DNA from: Trichoplax adhaerens
Taxonomy: Eukaryota; Animalia; Placozoa
Assembly (NCBI RefSeq): GCF_000150275.1
Contig: NW_002060958.1
Coordinates: forward strand, 464,374 to 528,373
Reading direction: 5' to 3'
DNA length: 64,000 nucleotides
The notes beneath the pieces were generated by a model, which was not told the DNA's origin, made no database searches, and worked only from the letters and a program-made list of their open reading frames with translations. Of this stretch, positions 1 to 15,240 are shown one piece after another. A program made the position numbers and the translations under genes. The number at the start of each line of letters is the position of its first letter. The first letter of the stretch is position 1.

Positions 1-1996
1 GAGTCCGATTTCTGTTCCTTGTACTGTAGCGACGTAACGCAAACACTGTATTTGTTCGTCGCTAGTCAATGTCATGGTATCGTAAGTCTTGCATGGGAAG
101 CTATACTGCCGATATGCTTTCTTCTAAGTTAATATGTCACCGATAGGGTAAGGCAGGACATGGCGACCTAAAGGCAATTTTTCCTTCCTATAAGTCTTAA
201 ATCAAATCCAATTTGATCTTTAATGATTGAGTAAATGATCATTGGAAGGCAACAGAACACTGCTGATGATGATAGACAGAGCAAATTTAAATTCTAACTT
301 GAAATGGAATGGATAATTGAATTTTGCTGAATCATCATCATCGGTATTAGGTTGCGTTCGGACAAATAATTCGTTCCATAACTTATGGCCAAATTTGAAC
401 CTTCATTTTAAAAAATGTTACAAGAAATTTCTTGCCTAGATCATTTAGGTTGTTGTCGAGTGAGAAATAAATATATCTGTCATACAGCTACCTCAGCATG
501 ATCTTCTATGGCAGCCCGTATCTTACCAAGAATAATATGGGATGGATGGGACTATCACCCCAACCTGTAGATCTTATATTTGAATTGAAACTTTAATTTT
601 CAATTTAAATGCCAAATTTTGGCTTCTGCCCTTGGCGAAGTGAAGTCGGTACAGTCTAAAGCCAATAAACAGTGTCAAAATTTTGAATACTACTGCATAT
701 AATCATTAGAATATTGTACTAGTAACTTATAACTTATATCAGTCGATTTTAAGTCGTGCTTGATAGGTGGTTTCTATTTTATACCCAATTCAATTTAATT
801 CAGCTGCTCTTGATAAAGGTGTACGTCGCATAAATTAAATAGCATTGACCGTATAACCACAGTAGAAAAGGTTAATCCTTGATGTTTTCTTATTTACCCA
901 CTATTTCACAAATCGTATGAGTCTCATTAAATAATTCTTATACCTATGTATGCGTACTCCAGGGATTTTATATTCGATCAATTGAAAAATCGGTTTCATT
1001 AGTTACTGAATATCAAGATGGACTACGATTGTATATTATTCTTCGAAATGGCTGTTATGGTAGCGTAAGTCATGTTTGGTTAGTTATGTCGTGGGTAGGA
1101 ACGAATATTCAAAACACCTTCCCCTATACGAGGATCTACCGATTGCAAAATTCTTACATCAAGCTAAAATAGGCTAAAAATGCAAGAGTGGATTCTCATT
1201 TAAGGTGCTCTATAGCACTACTGAAGATCGTAAAAAAAGTTAAATTTGCCAGTTCAAATCGAAACATGATTTCTCACATTCTCCATCGATATTCTCGCTA
1301 TGAAAGATTATGTCAATAGATTCGCGCAAGTTACATAGTAACAGAGTATGATTAATTAATTATTAGGCAGGCTACCAGGATAGAACATAAGTTAACTTGG
1401 CAGGCTATCTAGGGCTTCTTTTTGGTTTTAATCATGGGTCAATTCATTGAAATATCTATACTATGGCTGTCATGCTCCGTTACATCGACTATATTATTCC
1501 CTAGGGAAAACTGAACAAGAATATATCCTAATTATGACATTGTGATGTTATACTGCTTGTTAGGTGAAACAATACGCTGGCCACTTTGCTTATAAGAACT
1601 ATCACTATACTTGTACTTACTCGTTTAAGTGATTGTTAACCCAGTACTTCCTAATTTCAAGACATCAAGTAATGCCACATTTGGGAAGATTGCCATTGCT
1701 CACTATTTATTGAAGCTCAATTTTACTAATAAATTGTTAAACAAATGCAATCTTCAATTCAATCTGAACAGTACAGAGGAGAAAAAAAAATCGTTGTTGT
1801 AACGGAGCTATTCGTTATCGAGTTAAAGCGATTTGGTAGTGAACATACTCTTTTCTTATTTTTAGACTAGCTTACACGAGCCTACAATTTTTAAAAACTG
1901 TCATAAAGCAGATTTTGATCTTTATTCAGTTTGACTAACTTTATTGTGAGTTGTAGCAGTAGAAAAGAATAAGATATAATTGACCTTATAACAAGA

Positions 1997-2752
1997 ATTA
2001 GTAAACCAATATAGACTGAGATGTGCCTAGAGTTCATTATATAACGGTACGCGTAGTGGAGAATGGATGATTACGTAAATCTTCTATCACACTTCAATTT
2101 TAGCCATAATCAATTTATCGCTAAAGAAATACGAGTACTTTGCTGGAGCGTCATTAGTAATCATAAAATTAATAAATCAGTATGGATAAATGTGTACTTA
2201 GAGTTCGTTATAAAACCCGCAATGAATGATAAATCAAATCTGTCATCACAATCCAACTTTAATCATAAATCAATTTATTGCTAGAGAAGACTTTACCGTA
2301 GAGGAATTATTTATCATAAAGTAAAATCAATATGGACGAAGGCGTACATAGAGTTCATTATAATACCGGTCGTGGATGATGAATGATTAATCAGTTATCA
2401 CAGTTATGTTTTAGTCATAACCAATTCATCGCTGGCGTAATACTTTGTTGTTGCGGAATCAGTAATCCGAAAGTTAGTAAGTTAGTAAATCAATATGGAC
2501 GAAGGCGTACATAGAGTTCATTATATTCCCCGCAATGGATGATAGATCAAATCTGTCATCACAGTTCAATTTTAGTCATAATCAACTTATCGCTGGAGAA
2601 AACTTTGCTGTAGTGGAATCATGAATTAGAAAACTAGTAAGTCAATATGGACGAAGGTGTATATAGACTTCATTATAAATAGCCTTAGTGGGTGATTGGT
2701 GATCAAGTCTGTTAGCACAGTTCAATTTTAGTCATAATCAATTTATCGCTAA
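1997..2752. repeat. Diverged tandem repeat, about 5 copies of a 150-170 bp unit, upstream of the Apaf-1-like gene
   Basis: The core TAGTAAATCAATATGGACGAAGGCGTACATAGAGTTCATTATA...ATGGATGAT...TCTGTCATCACAGTTCAATTTTAGTCATAATCAATTTATCGCT recurs near 1999, 2170, 2323, 2484 and 2635. Confidence 0.85.
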
Positions 2753-3203
2753 TTGATTCTATATTGCTTGATCGTCCTTACGGTATAAGGGCGTAATTCA
2801 GTAGGACTTTAAGTATACGAGGTTAGCATCTAGACCAGAAGGGTCTATAGCAACGACAAAAAGTAATTCTCAGCAAAGAATTCCCCATGGGGTCTGGCTT
2901 CATGCCGTTGTAGTTATTGTTATTACAAAGGACTGCCTACTTAACAGTAACCGTTGAACTAATAGATTGTAAAGAATGTTGATCTTTTTATTCTTAACGA
3001 TAATCGGGATACACCGTTTGTAAAATACTGAATGGACGTCGTTAGATAATTTTATCCTCGTTAGAGCACCATAACATTCTCAATGTAACTGCAAGTTCGC
3101 GGCTTAGGCTAGAAATAATTGGCTAATCAATATTATAGAAACTGACATAAGAGATCAATCTCAATCTTGGCTGTTTAATTAAAGAAGTCATTGCGGACCA
3201 AAA

Positions 3204-6200
3204 ATGTCGGATTTCATAGAAGATCTTAATCCTTTATCAGGTAAATTCTCTTTTAATTAACCGGTAAGTACACAGTAAATTAATCATCCACTGAAGGCCA
3301 ATAACGATGAAATGTTAGTACTAAAATTAGTGTACTCGAGTATGCATAAGTTTACGAATAGAACGATTGCAAATCTTTCAAAGGCCTACTCAAAAAAGAA
3401 GTAGAACGACTAGTAAGGACGAGAGGCTCAAGTAAATATATCCAAGACCTAGACACCACTCTTATCCGTATTTAGACTAGATAGGTTGTAATTTAGAGCC
3501 CAATATTACAGCAGTATCCTTTAAAATCCTAATCCTTACCATTTGAACTAGAATGACTGTAAATCTTTTGATCACCTACCCGGAAAGATGTTAGACGAAT
3601 AAGAGCGTGTAACCTAAGCAAAATATATCATGGCTTCGACACCAATTTTATCCATTTTTTAGTTGGATAGCTTTAAAATTTTAAAATGTGATACCATAAC
3701 AGCTTAAAATATTATACTACAGCTCAAATATTCACTAACTAATGACAGAATAGGTTATGATAAGTGCGTTAAGTTAAAATAATAAATAAAACTTTCTTAA
3801 TGATACGGAATTAAACTGTTTATTGTTTAGCTATTAGATCATTGTAGATTACTTTAGATCGCTTATTTTGAGCGATTTGTGGCGATAGTAATCAATTAAA
3901 TCAATATACAAACAGATTGCATAACAATATTAGAACTACAATCCATAGTATTGAAAACTAAGTTGATGCAAGAGCCAAACTAGATTGCAGCGACATTATA
4001 AATTTGCCAGGATTGAATTAGCTGTTTATTTACATTACACCATTTTACCATGTTCTTCGTCATTATAGATTTCTTAATTGGAGTCCCTGCTACGCTTACA
4101 AGCTGCTATATAGTTCGAGAGCAATTTGTCCATCAAATTTTTAGACAGTTACAGGATAAGAATTTTATCCAAGGCCACCTATTAGTGTATGGATTGCCTG
4201 GCACGGGCAAAACGATTGCTGTTAGCCAAGCTGTCTCATTATGGTCGTTGTCTGCTCCACAGGAAGAAGATCGGCCGATATTTCGGGTTGCTTATTGGAC
4301 TAAAATAGGTACATTTCGCTTTATACCAGTTATTTACCAACTAAATCTTCATTAAGTAGTAAGAGACATTTGTCTAAACTCCTCTTAGAATAAGGCCTTT
4401 TTCATGGCTTAATCGAGACGACAGAGCTATCGATAACCTTTCTGTCTTACTTTTAAAGTCTGACAGTATTTTATAAATACTATTTTCATATTAGATTGTT
4501 TACAGAAACCAAGTACTATTAATTGCACTTTTATGTTTGTAGAAATATCCCATAGTCGTTACGTTATTCTTATAAGCTGTAAAAGTTTAAAATGGCAGCA
4601 TTTTCCGTCAAGGATTTGCTGCAAAATAGCGTTCAGTAAATAATACACACATATTAATACACATATAGTAGAGAGAATCCACATCTCCTGCTTCTCGATC
4701 ATAAAAAAATGAAATTGATTCATGATACTAGCTCAGTGTTTTAAATTTTGAAATATCTAGTAAGCATCATAAGAATACTTAGCCAAGGATATAATTCATT
4801 CTTTCAAGGCAAATGAAATCCATTTTTCAATACTGTAAATACTTATATAAAGGATTCGCTGCTTAAAACTTGCTTTCTAGGAAATGTCGACAATGGTAAC
4901 TTATTCCACATACTAATTCAGCTATGCATCCAAATGGGTTTAAGTTGGGAAAAACGACCTCGAGATTTAGATGAAGTTACTCCATGCATTGAACAATTTC
5001 TGCAGGGTATGCCAACGCCGTTAACATCCGATTTACTTATACCTATAACATGAATAGTATGAAGAATGCATCGTATTTATCATTAACTAATGCTTAGGAT
5101 CGATATGTATTTTCTAGCTAACAGCCACAAGTTTGAGATTCTTTTCATTTTCGACGATATATGGGATAAATCGCATTTAGACTATCTAACATTTGCTAAG
5201 AAAGCTGTCTTGACTTCTCGTTTTAACTATCCGCAATGGCAAGAAAACTATCATAGTTTCATTAAAGCACCGGTTAGTCATAATTTCTTTCATTCATAAG
5301 TATACTAAATATTCTTCCATAGTCTTTCTATTTATAGTGAATAATCGAACCAAGCTTTAGGTCAAGTAATTAAGAAAGCTCATCAAATAATATTCTCTTA
5401 GAATGGTTTATTCGGGCAAATGTAGATTAACATTAAAGATTTAATCCCTATAGGAGCAATTTACGTCTGATGAAGTAATACAAGTATTGGACGGTTATAT
5501 CTATAATCATAATTCACAAATCGTTCTTGAAAGTGAATTGATGACAAGGGTTATTCAGAGCTGTCAGGGCTTACCTTTAGCCATCTCTTTATTGAGGAGT
5601 TTAACTTTGGAAACAGAGGAGCACTGGAAAGAAGTAATTGACATTATGGAGTCAAAACCAGTGGAGCCCAAATTTCCGGATTATGAATTCAACTTATACG
5701 ACTTTATTATGATGTGTATTAATAACTTGGAGCCTGAAAAGAATGAATTATTTCAATTACTTGGTGTTTTTAAAAGAATTCCCATCCCATTTCGCTCCAT
5801 TATGTGCTTATGGAAACGTAACGAAGCTGAAGTATATGAAATGATGAAAGTGCTGGATGAGAAAGCGCTAATTACTTATTATGATAATGTCGATATAAAT
5901 GCAAGGTATGGCTAATATCCAGTCTGGAGATTTTATTGATTTTATTTATCAATATAGCTTGGCATAGAAATTTTAATCACTTTAACGATCATATCAACAA
6001 AACCGCAGTGTTAATAAAAAAGGATTTGGTTGCATACGTAACCATCTTATGTAAATATAGTTTACTGTATTAAAGAATCATGGCATATTACTAAGTTAAA
6101 TAAAGCAGTGACAATAAATCTGAAATTGAATTTTTAGGTCATAATGAAGAACTCTCTAGCTTTAATCGGCTATACTTCTAATTAATTGATATTGCACTAA

Positions 6201-9200
6201 GCTTAACTGCATTTATAATTAGCCTATCATGATAGTGGATACTGGCTAAAAATATAAAAATGTTGACAGTTATCTTTTTCCATATACCGGCAAATTATTA
6301 GGTATTGCATCATTCACGATTTAATAATCGACTGTCTGCAGCAACATCCAGATCGCCAAGAAATAAATCATATACATATGGCAGAATTAAATAAAAATCT
6401 TGTTGAAAACTATTGGCAATTATGGCGAAAACAGCAGTGTAACTACAAAGATGATGGCTATTTTTACCAGCATATAATTGACCATGCTATAGAAGCTCGT
6501 CATAAAGAAACCCTTCAAGGCCTTATGACCGATTTAAAATGGATGAGAGCTAAAGTTATAGCATGCAACACCCTCCATTGCCTATACGCAGATATTTTGA
6601 AATATATGAAATCTACCCACCTCAGTGAAACTACAGTAAGTTCCCACAAACGGCCTAAAATTTACTCATAGCTAGAAACAATGAATATTCTTAAATCTCC
6701 TTTACATAACTTCATGTTTACAATTTTGTTGTGTCATCTATTAAATACATCATCTAACATTTAATGAGATAAAACTAGTAAATGTCGACGAAATTAATCG
6801 GAATTAATCTCTCCATTGTGTAAGCGTTTATAAACGATAGAAACATCGCCTTAGATTATCAAATTATTAAATTTAAATAGAATTTCGCTCATTTGTAATG
6901 TGTCCTTTGCTGCTAATCCGCTCTATTCACATGTAGATTTCTTTATTATAGGCAATTATGGACATTTCTGAACTATACGACTTTCTACGGCAGAATCAGT
7001 CCTATTTCAACTTGGAGAAAATGGACTTTTCACAATTTCTGTTGAGTTGTAGTAGTCATAATAGCTGGATTCAAGAGAAAGCACTGCAAATTGTTGACAG
7101 TAAAGCGAAAGAAGATAATTTCAAATTCCATGTTATGATGACGGCGTAAGTTAATCATGACAAGATTCTGAAGATTTCATATCTTGTAAAGTTGCACTAT
7201 CATATTAATTAATACGATTTATGGGTACTTATTTACAGCTATCCTACTCCATCCTTCAGCTATCTAACATTTTGGAACAATAACAAACTAATTGGAAGAT
7301 GCTGGAATGATGTATTACCGCGACTTTCCAATGGCAGTATCGATAATTCAAAAATAATCTCCACTCATTATAATGGAACTTTGGATAGCTGTATAGTAGT
7401 AAGCTAGCTTTAATAATGCTATAATAGTGAACATAGATGAAGGCGACAGCTTTAGATCTTGCAGTTAGACTAAAAATAGGGGTACTAATAGCTCTATTCC
7501 TAATAGTTTAAAGATTTTTCACTCTAACTACCGATCATTTCTGTAATTTTCAATTTGAAGGTAATTGACAACCAAACAGGTGATACAAAGTATAAATTGC
7601 CATTGCCAGCAATTTGGGTTGAAGAAGTTCGAATTTCATCAGATAGTAAATTGATGGCCTATTCAAGCCAAGGGGTAAAATATTCATTTACTCATTATAC
7701 CCCTTTAAACATATTAGGTCTTAAAATACAAATTCGATAATCACAGTTTGTACATGTTCTATGTCTACTTTTATCTATTCTCTCCTTTATTACGCACTTT
7801 CCATTCTAAAGGATGAGAGCCTAGAAATTTTTGGAAAGTTATAACATCTAACGATAGTGCATACTGTTTAAGCTTTAATGCATTTACATTTTAATACCAT
7901 CAATTTTGCACTATTACTCTCTTCAGAGTACAGGTTTCTAAAAGTACTGGTAGTATTGAAAGCTACCTAAGATAGTGCAAAAAATAATTATAAGGACCAT
8001 TTCTTTTACTAGACATGGAAAGTATGCTATATTGACTCTTTCGAACATCTTCCCTTTATCGATGAAAGTGGTATAAAGCATGCATTAGAATGCTGTAATT
8101 TCGAATTCTTATCCTGTGAAACTACTCCTGCAATGTTAATGACTTTATCAGTTGACCGGATGCATATAATTGTAAGCGCAATAAAGTAATAAGTTCATTT
8201 CTTGATTACCCTATTTACTTCATTATAGCTCCGATATAGGTAATATTCCTGTAATATAGATTTTGCAGTTTTAATAAATCTGGTAACTGTTTTCATAAGT
8301 CTAACTAGTATAAAAGGATACACTATAATGATAGATTTGATAATCGTCTTACTTGAACAGTTTCGTGAAGAAAAACTCTTCTTAATGCAAAATGTTATCG
8401 TATCTTCGTTATTAAATGTCTAGATATGGGAAGTAAGTGGTAATAAAATCCAACGCACAACGAAATCGATAGCAAGCCAACAAGAGATTACTTTATTCCA
8501 AACCTTACCTAAAGGTGGTAAATTTCTGCTACTGCGTAAGAAATACAATCAGCATCAAGGACAACAGGAGAAAGATTGGGTCAATGAATGTCTGATCGAG
8601 GTACATATTTTATTATTATTTCATGTAAAAATTAGTAGTTATTTCGTAGCTTTGGGCTGCTCACAACAGGATAATGATATCCAAACCTTAACGATTCGTT
8701 ACATGGTTGCAAATCAATTTCACAGCAACTATAATATCTTTAAGGCTGAATTATTATAAATCGAACTTAACCAATACAATATTTTAAATTCAATTCATGC
8801 GATATTGTAAGAAATCAATCAGTTATTGTCAACTAATACTCTGTAATTATCGAAATTTTCGAAGATTTGGAATATACTGCCATTTTTTTGCCATCAATCT
8901 ATTCGAGTTCCAGGACGAATTAAGTGTGATGGAAATTCATATAGCATAAGTAAACATGGAAATAAAGCAATGGAATTAAGTCATGTGCAATACACTTCCA
9001 ATGATTACCTCAATATTGTTGCGCTATACCATTCCAAAGCCTATAAAGGTTCTGTTTTAGGCTTATTAACCATGGTAAACCGTGGAAATACATCGATTGA
9101 TTTTATTACAATGTGGAAAAGACATTTTAAGATAATTCATCATGATCCCAAGTGTATCAACCATTCAGCTATATCCGATGACGGGCAATATTTAGCAATC

Positions 9201-12200
9201 TTGAATGGTCAGGGTAATCTGATGGTAAGCTAGTATGCATACGAGTACACCTACTACATGTTTCTGTAGACGCAGATATTAGGAAATCGTTAGCAAATCT
9301 ATCAAAAAATGAACGTTGGACTATGTATATACATAAGAAAAAGGTGCCGCTTATTTCTGGCTAAATTAAACAGATTAAAGATTATAGACCTTCTCCACAG
9401 TATCTTCAGTAGTACTACCGTTTTATAATTTACATGTCTCGATCCCGATGTTAGTCCTCAACTTTGCGGGTTAGTAAAGCATGAAATTCGCTCTCATAAT
9501 TTGCATTGTCTACCAGCCTACCTTAGAATAGCTTATCACATACATTGATGGAGGCTAAAATATTACATATGAAGAGAATAGAAGAAAACAGTTGTATTCA
9601 TAACAAGCAAAATGTCTGTACATTATTGTTAATACCCCGGACTAGTTTTATTTTAAGTAAAACTCTCCCTTCATGAATCAATTTCTAATAATATTCAGTT
9701 TAATTTCACGATTGCAAGAATATTAACCATATAATTTTGGGATTTAATCTATGCACAAGTGATGCAATAGAACCCTACCTGTACCCATGGTTAATAGTCA
9801 ATTAATTTAATCTCATGATTACAAGAATATGTGAATAATATAATTGCAGGGTTTCGCATATGTGCACGTGATGCAATAGAATCCTGTATGTATCCATTAT
9901 TAATATTTAATTTAATCTCATGATTGGAAGAATATTTGAAGTATATATATTTAGGGTTTTATGCATACGTAAGTGATGTAGATGGGACCCTATCTGCATC
10001 CTTTATGAATAATTAATTTTTATCCTTACGCTTGCAAGAATAGTTGCCCTATATAATTTTATGGTTTCATATATGCTTAAGGTGATACAGTATGACCCTA
10101 CCCATATTCATTATGATTTTAGTGAACCTTTTATAGTTGTAATCGATAGTTGTTAAAAATCTACACTATATTTAGCTTACCAAAATTAACAGTAACTTGT
10201 AATCACTTCTTCAAAACCAACAGGTTTTTCGAATCGACGGCAATAGTATTAGTGAATATGTAATTATAAACTGCATGCAAACTATACGTCAACTGCTATT
10301 TGTTCCCACTGGCTACGATCTATTAACGTACGATTGCTCGTCTCAAAAACTTTATGGATTTACGGTAACAGGTAAAACCGATTTTCAAATACTGCTAATG
10401 ATGAGCATAAAACTATTTAGAAATTATTTAATGAAGCAAAGGATATTATTTATCCATTATACAATACAGATCGTAATTTGAAATGGCAAAAGATGGATAG
10501 TGAAAGCAAAATAGCGTTTCGCCAATGTCATAACGAAGATTACAATTGCGGTAAAGTGCTTGATTCCAGTTGCACCTTTATCGATTGTATTCCATACGTC
10601 ACCAAGCTCATGAAGATGAACGATGAAAGTCTAAGACTAATAGTAAGTTACATGGACTACTTTGGATTACGTTTCATCATAATAAGCAGATTCTGCGTAG
10701 ATTTATTATGATAACTTACCGTTTAACAGCATCTGTAGTCTATTCTTCAGTAATTTGATTTGGAAAATGATAACTTCTGCTGTTTTTAGTATTTGAAAAT
10801 CGAGCGAGCAGCAACTTTTTTAAGTTCCATAATTATGAATACTAAAATAGAAATCATAATCAAATTTACAATACTTGAATGACCTAGAATACGTTCAGTA
10901 CATTCACCTATAAATAATTTAATTACAGCTAAATATTATCAACAGTTAGTTTCTGCATATATGGTCAGTTTAATATTGTATTTTCATCGCAATTCTGCGG
11001 AATTCCTCACGTGTAAAATATTAAGATACTCAAGAATAGGAAAATTTCTAATAGGTCTATACCGGAGAATCTTTAGAAGCTATATCCAAGTGTAACCTGG
11101 GCGAATATAAGTGTGAAAGAAAGTATAGCTGCTTCTTATTTCATAATCTAGATTCAATCGTTGTCGTTCAACGCTATAAATGCAATCAAACACATTGGAC
11201 CAAGCTAGTAACTACTTCTCATTGGCATTTTAGCTTAGTTCAGGTGAGGAGATGATGTCCAAAGCTGAAATGATTCGTCAGCTGTACTATTATGAGATTT
11301 ACTTAGAAACGGCAGCTGCTAAAACTGTAAACACATCTAATTAAGAATACCCATGCTACGGTCAATCCTGGGAATCGGGTACCCATACATCCGAATTATG
11401 AAATAGAAGATATTAACTAATGATGGGGACAGATACTACTAACCTATGTTTACATTAATGCCGTAACTTACCACACAATGTCTTGTCCTAATCTATAAGT
11501 CAATTTTATGATTCAAAAAAACTATCCAGCATCGTCACTTCATTGATCAAAACTGCTAGAAGCGTATACGCTGCTAGCGTATATAGTAATTATCCTTGCC
11601 AAAATAGTAGTACATAATTATTATAATAATTATAATTATAATCAAGAGTATCCGCTTATTCAGATTATAAAATTCAAGATATTAACTTACAGTAGGAATA
11701 AACAACTAATATACCTTAAAACTAGTAATTTAACTTTCAATAGACTTTCTTGTCCCAATTTTATTAACCTATTTTATACTCAAAGAGATCTACCAGCAGC
11801 GTTACTTCATTAGTCAAGATAGCTAGGTGCTGGCACATGCGGCAATTATTCTCGCAAATAGAGTAGTCTAATTAATTATGTAACATTGAAGAAAAAGTTC
11901 CAAAGTGTTTTCTAATCAAAAATAAAATCGCTCCCCTTAATCCGTCATTCGACAGTAGATAATTGATAGAATTTTTACTCTAATTTATATACGATTAAAA
12001 TAGCGCGCTAACGCCAATAACGAATTTCTAAAAGTTAATAGAAGAATATTATTCTTGGAAATAAGTCAAATTATTGTCTTAACATAATCACAGAGACAGT
12101 TAAATTCCCATTCTTAGCTTAATAACGCTTAATGGTACATTATTTTAATATCTATGCAATAATGTATGGTTTTGTTGTTATGTTAAGACTAAATATCATT

Positions 12201-13566
12201 TGTCATGAGTCTTCTTAAGATAACCAAAGCGAACTTTTCTAATGTTATTTATTAGTATGACAACATACAAATGCCAGCAGCTGATTCCAAACAAGTAGAA
12301 CATATCTTTGATAATTCAGATTATAACCTAACGATCACGGAAGCAGTATATAGAGCAAGTGATAAAAAATTGATATTCATTCTAAAAATGCTAGTAAGTA
12401 AATGGATTTCGCTATGACTACATGCACATCATTTTAATACTCTAAATATTTGGATATTAACTAATCCACTTTTAATTTGCTTTTTATAATAATATAGTAT
12501 CCGGATTTATTCCAGAAGTTTGCAATTTTTATTATTGATCGACCTAGTGGTAATAAGGTGATCTACTGTGAAAACGTTCATAATATCCAACTATCGACTA
12601 TGATCTACTGTGACGATCGAAACTGTATCCTCCATCAGTGGTTGATAAATGGAGACCACGCCATCAAGGTATATATATATGTTATATAACTTTACGGCTA
12701 ATTTGTAATAATATAAGGATTAGTTAATAATTTCATTCTTTGCCATGCAGTGGTATAGAATTGGGGATGATATCAACAAAAGTGCGCTAGTAAAGGAGCA
12801 TCAATATAAATACTATAATGGATTAGCTTGCAAAATTGATACACCAAATAAGAAATCATTGCAAGATGTAAACTTGCTCATTTCTCCATGGGACACCATA
12901 AGCATGTTGGAAACCTTTAACACCGCGGATACAGAGCTATTTGTAAGTTGTTGTGGCTATGATTCAAAGTATGCAATATACTGACCAATGTTTTGTTATT
13001 CTCCGAAATTAAATCACTCCTTAATTCCAAGTCTTATTTTTTAAAACGATCAATTTATAATATAATTTAAATTGAAACTTGTTAATACTTTGCCTACCTA
13101 GATTAAATATTCAAATAAATCGAAAGAGTGCTGTATATTGCAAAATGGAGATGAAAAAATGGTATAGAGTTATTTAATAACATTAAGTATCCGAGCATAC
13201 ATTTATTAATCTAAAAAAGAATCATTACCTTAATATAAATCTACCTGTTTCTAGATGTTTCATCTTAGTCGTCGTCGACTTTTTATGAAAAATTACAAGT
13301 GGACAGGAAAATTTTTCGATTTTAATGCAGTTTATCAACCTACGGTCAATTTCCCATCAACTTATTGGCTAAATCAATTTTTCATTGTTCTTGATCGAGA
13401 TCATCGTAGAATTTGTTTTTATGATACTGTCAATATGAATTTAATACAAGTTTATGACTCACCTCTCAACTTTAATTTGATTAGAGCTGACTGCAATAAA
13501 GCCCAATCCTTACTTTTATGCCAGTATGAAAACCATCAATATGGTATTCTTAAACCAGTATACTAG
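3204..13566 (+). CDS. Apaf-1-like STAND NTPase (NB-ARC, helical domains, probable degenerate beta-propeller/WD40-like C-terminus), multi-exon
   Basis: Exon 1 (3204-3240, MSDFIEDLNPLS) splices in phase to 4069 (DFLIGVP...). Motifs: Walker A GLPGTGKT, Walker B LFIFDDIW, sensor LTSR, SCQGLPLAI, MHD-equivalent IIHDL (about 6310) and the Apaf-1-like helical segment DDGYFYQHIIDHA...LMTDLKWMRAK. Later exons carry beta-propeller-like peptides (VRISSDSKLMAYSS, HSAISDDGQYLAIL). The last exon ends at the stop at 13566. Some internal exon boundaries are not resolved. Confidence 0.85.
9697..10115. repeat. Intronic diverged tandem repeat, about 4 copies of about 105 bp
   Basis: TTTAATCTCATGATT(G/A)CAAGAATAT...AGGGTTT...GTGATGCAATAGAACCCTACC...CCAT recurs near 9699, 9806, 9911 and 10018. 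Confidence 0.75.
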
Positions 13567-15000
13567 GAGGAATACTCATTTCCGGAACATCCTTTACAAT
13601 CATGCCAGGAGTTTCAGTTAATTGATTACAAATAATTCAAATTTTATGCCTAGTGTAATTATACTATAAATATCTAACTGATAACTGGAACAGAACGGCT
13701 TTATTGGTTGGTGTAAGATAATTATTGCTCTATTTCTAAACTAATTAAACAACATTCGTATAGTATACGCAGGATTTTGTGAGGCTAAGGTATTCAGATG
13801 TCTATCTTGGCACATGTCAGCAGATGTTATAATGCAAAGAGAAAATGGTAGATATAACCTGTATTGTAACTCGTCTCGGGTATGCAGAATTGAAACTTTA
13901 CAGTATTATCTAACCTGTTAAATAATGTTCTCGTTGTCCGATAGTATCAGAACGTATTTTGCTGCTCAGCTATAGTATCGAAGCCTTTGAAAAATGATTT
14001 TCTTAGTATCATTTTAAAGATGGTTGTTATTTTCACCGTCAGAAGGCAAATAACGAACAGGAATCTATTAAATTATTTGAACTAGCGACATTGTAGTTGT
14101 GAAAGCAATATTACTTCTGATCTGTACATGATATCATAATAACTCATCGCATAATGTATGTAATATTAATCCCACGGTAAAATGTATATAAATTTTCGAC
14201 TTCTAAATCACTTTATTAAATAGTAGTGTATCAACTGGTTTGTTGTATATTAATCCAATGCAAGGCCGATTTAGGCTAATTAATTTAAAAATGATCAAAG
14301 CTTTTTTTATTAAATAAAAGTCAGATTTAATTTATCCATTTTGCTAGGAATAATTATGTAATATTAGTCCATCTAATAAATCTGGAAAAGTAAGTCAGAA
14401 AGTATTTATTCCATCTATACAGAAAACAAGGATAAATAAAGAAATCAATTGAAGGTTGAAGTAATCTAGTAAGAAATTCTACTATAATATTCCTGTGCGT
14501 AACACATAGAATTTCAGAAGTTGAACGTTTGATATCGAAATCGAATCATTTTTATTATGACGCAAAATGCTATATAGTAACGAATTTAGTTAACAAACCA
14601 TGGATCGAATAGCAAGTATGAATGTAAGCTATAACGTAACTGCTTGATTTGGATTTGAAACTAATACAGACTGCCATCTTGATGTTGTAATATAGAACTA
14701 CTTCCAGCCTTACAGTATCTAGTCACACAAGGACATTAGGCCTCTCTGTAGTGGTTAAAAGAATCTATTACTTAAAAAATATTACCGTTAAATTTTACCG
14801 TAGTAGAACTTAAATTGACGCACTTACACACCTACACGCCTAGCTTAAGGTTATCGACCCACTCCCACTCCAAGGAGTTTTATACATTCCTAGAAAGGAT
14901 TAATGATAAACATGTTTTCCCAATCCCTATTTCAATCAGTTCAACTAAGATCTTATTTTTGCTTCCTATACTATTCCTTATTCAAATTTATATTTAATAT

Positions 15001-15240
15001 GGGCCTTGTGAGTGCAAGACCCCAAGCTACGTATGATTGCCATTCCTCACTTTGGGCTAATCATACGTCATCTACTAAGATGTGTCGGTGCCGCCTATCA
15101 AGGCGCCATGTAGTCCTACTTAACCGTACGACTAACATCCCTAGTATTATCCACTAATAATCCGATCGGCCTATTACACCTGATAGAGTGCCACTAACAC
15201 CGCTAATCTACTATCTTATTTACTCGGGGCTCAGCGTAGT
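15001..15240. repeat. GC-richer segment, probable fragment of a dispersed repeat
   Basis: The reverse complement of about 15090-15130 (GGTTAAGTAGGACTACATGGCGCCTTGATAGGC) resembles 146-175 (GGGTAAGGCAGGACATGGCGACCTAAAGGC). GTGC(C)TTGATAGG also occurs near 756 and 33907. Confidence 0.3.
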
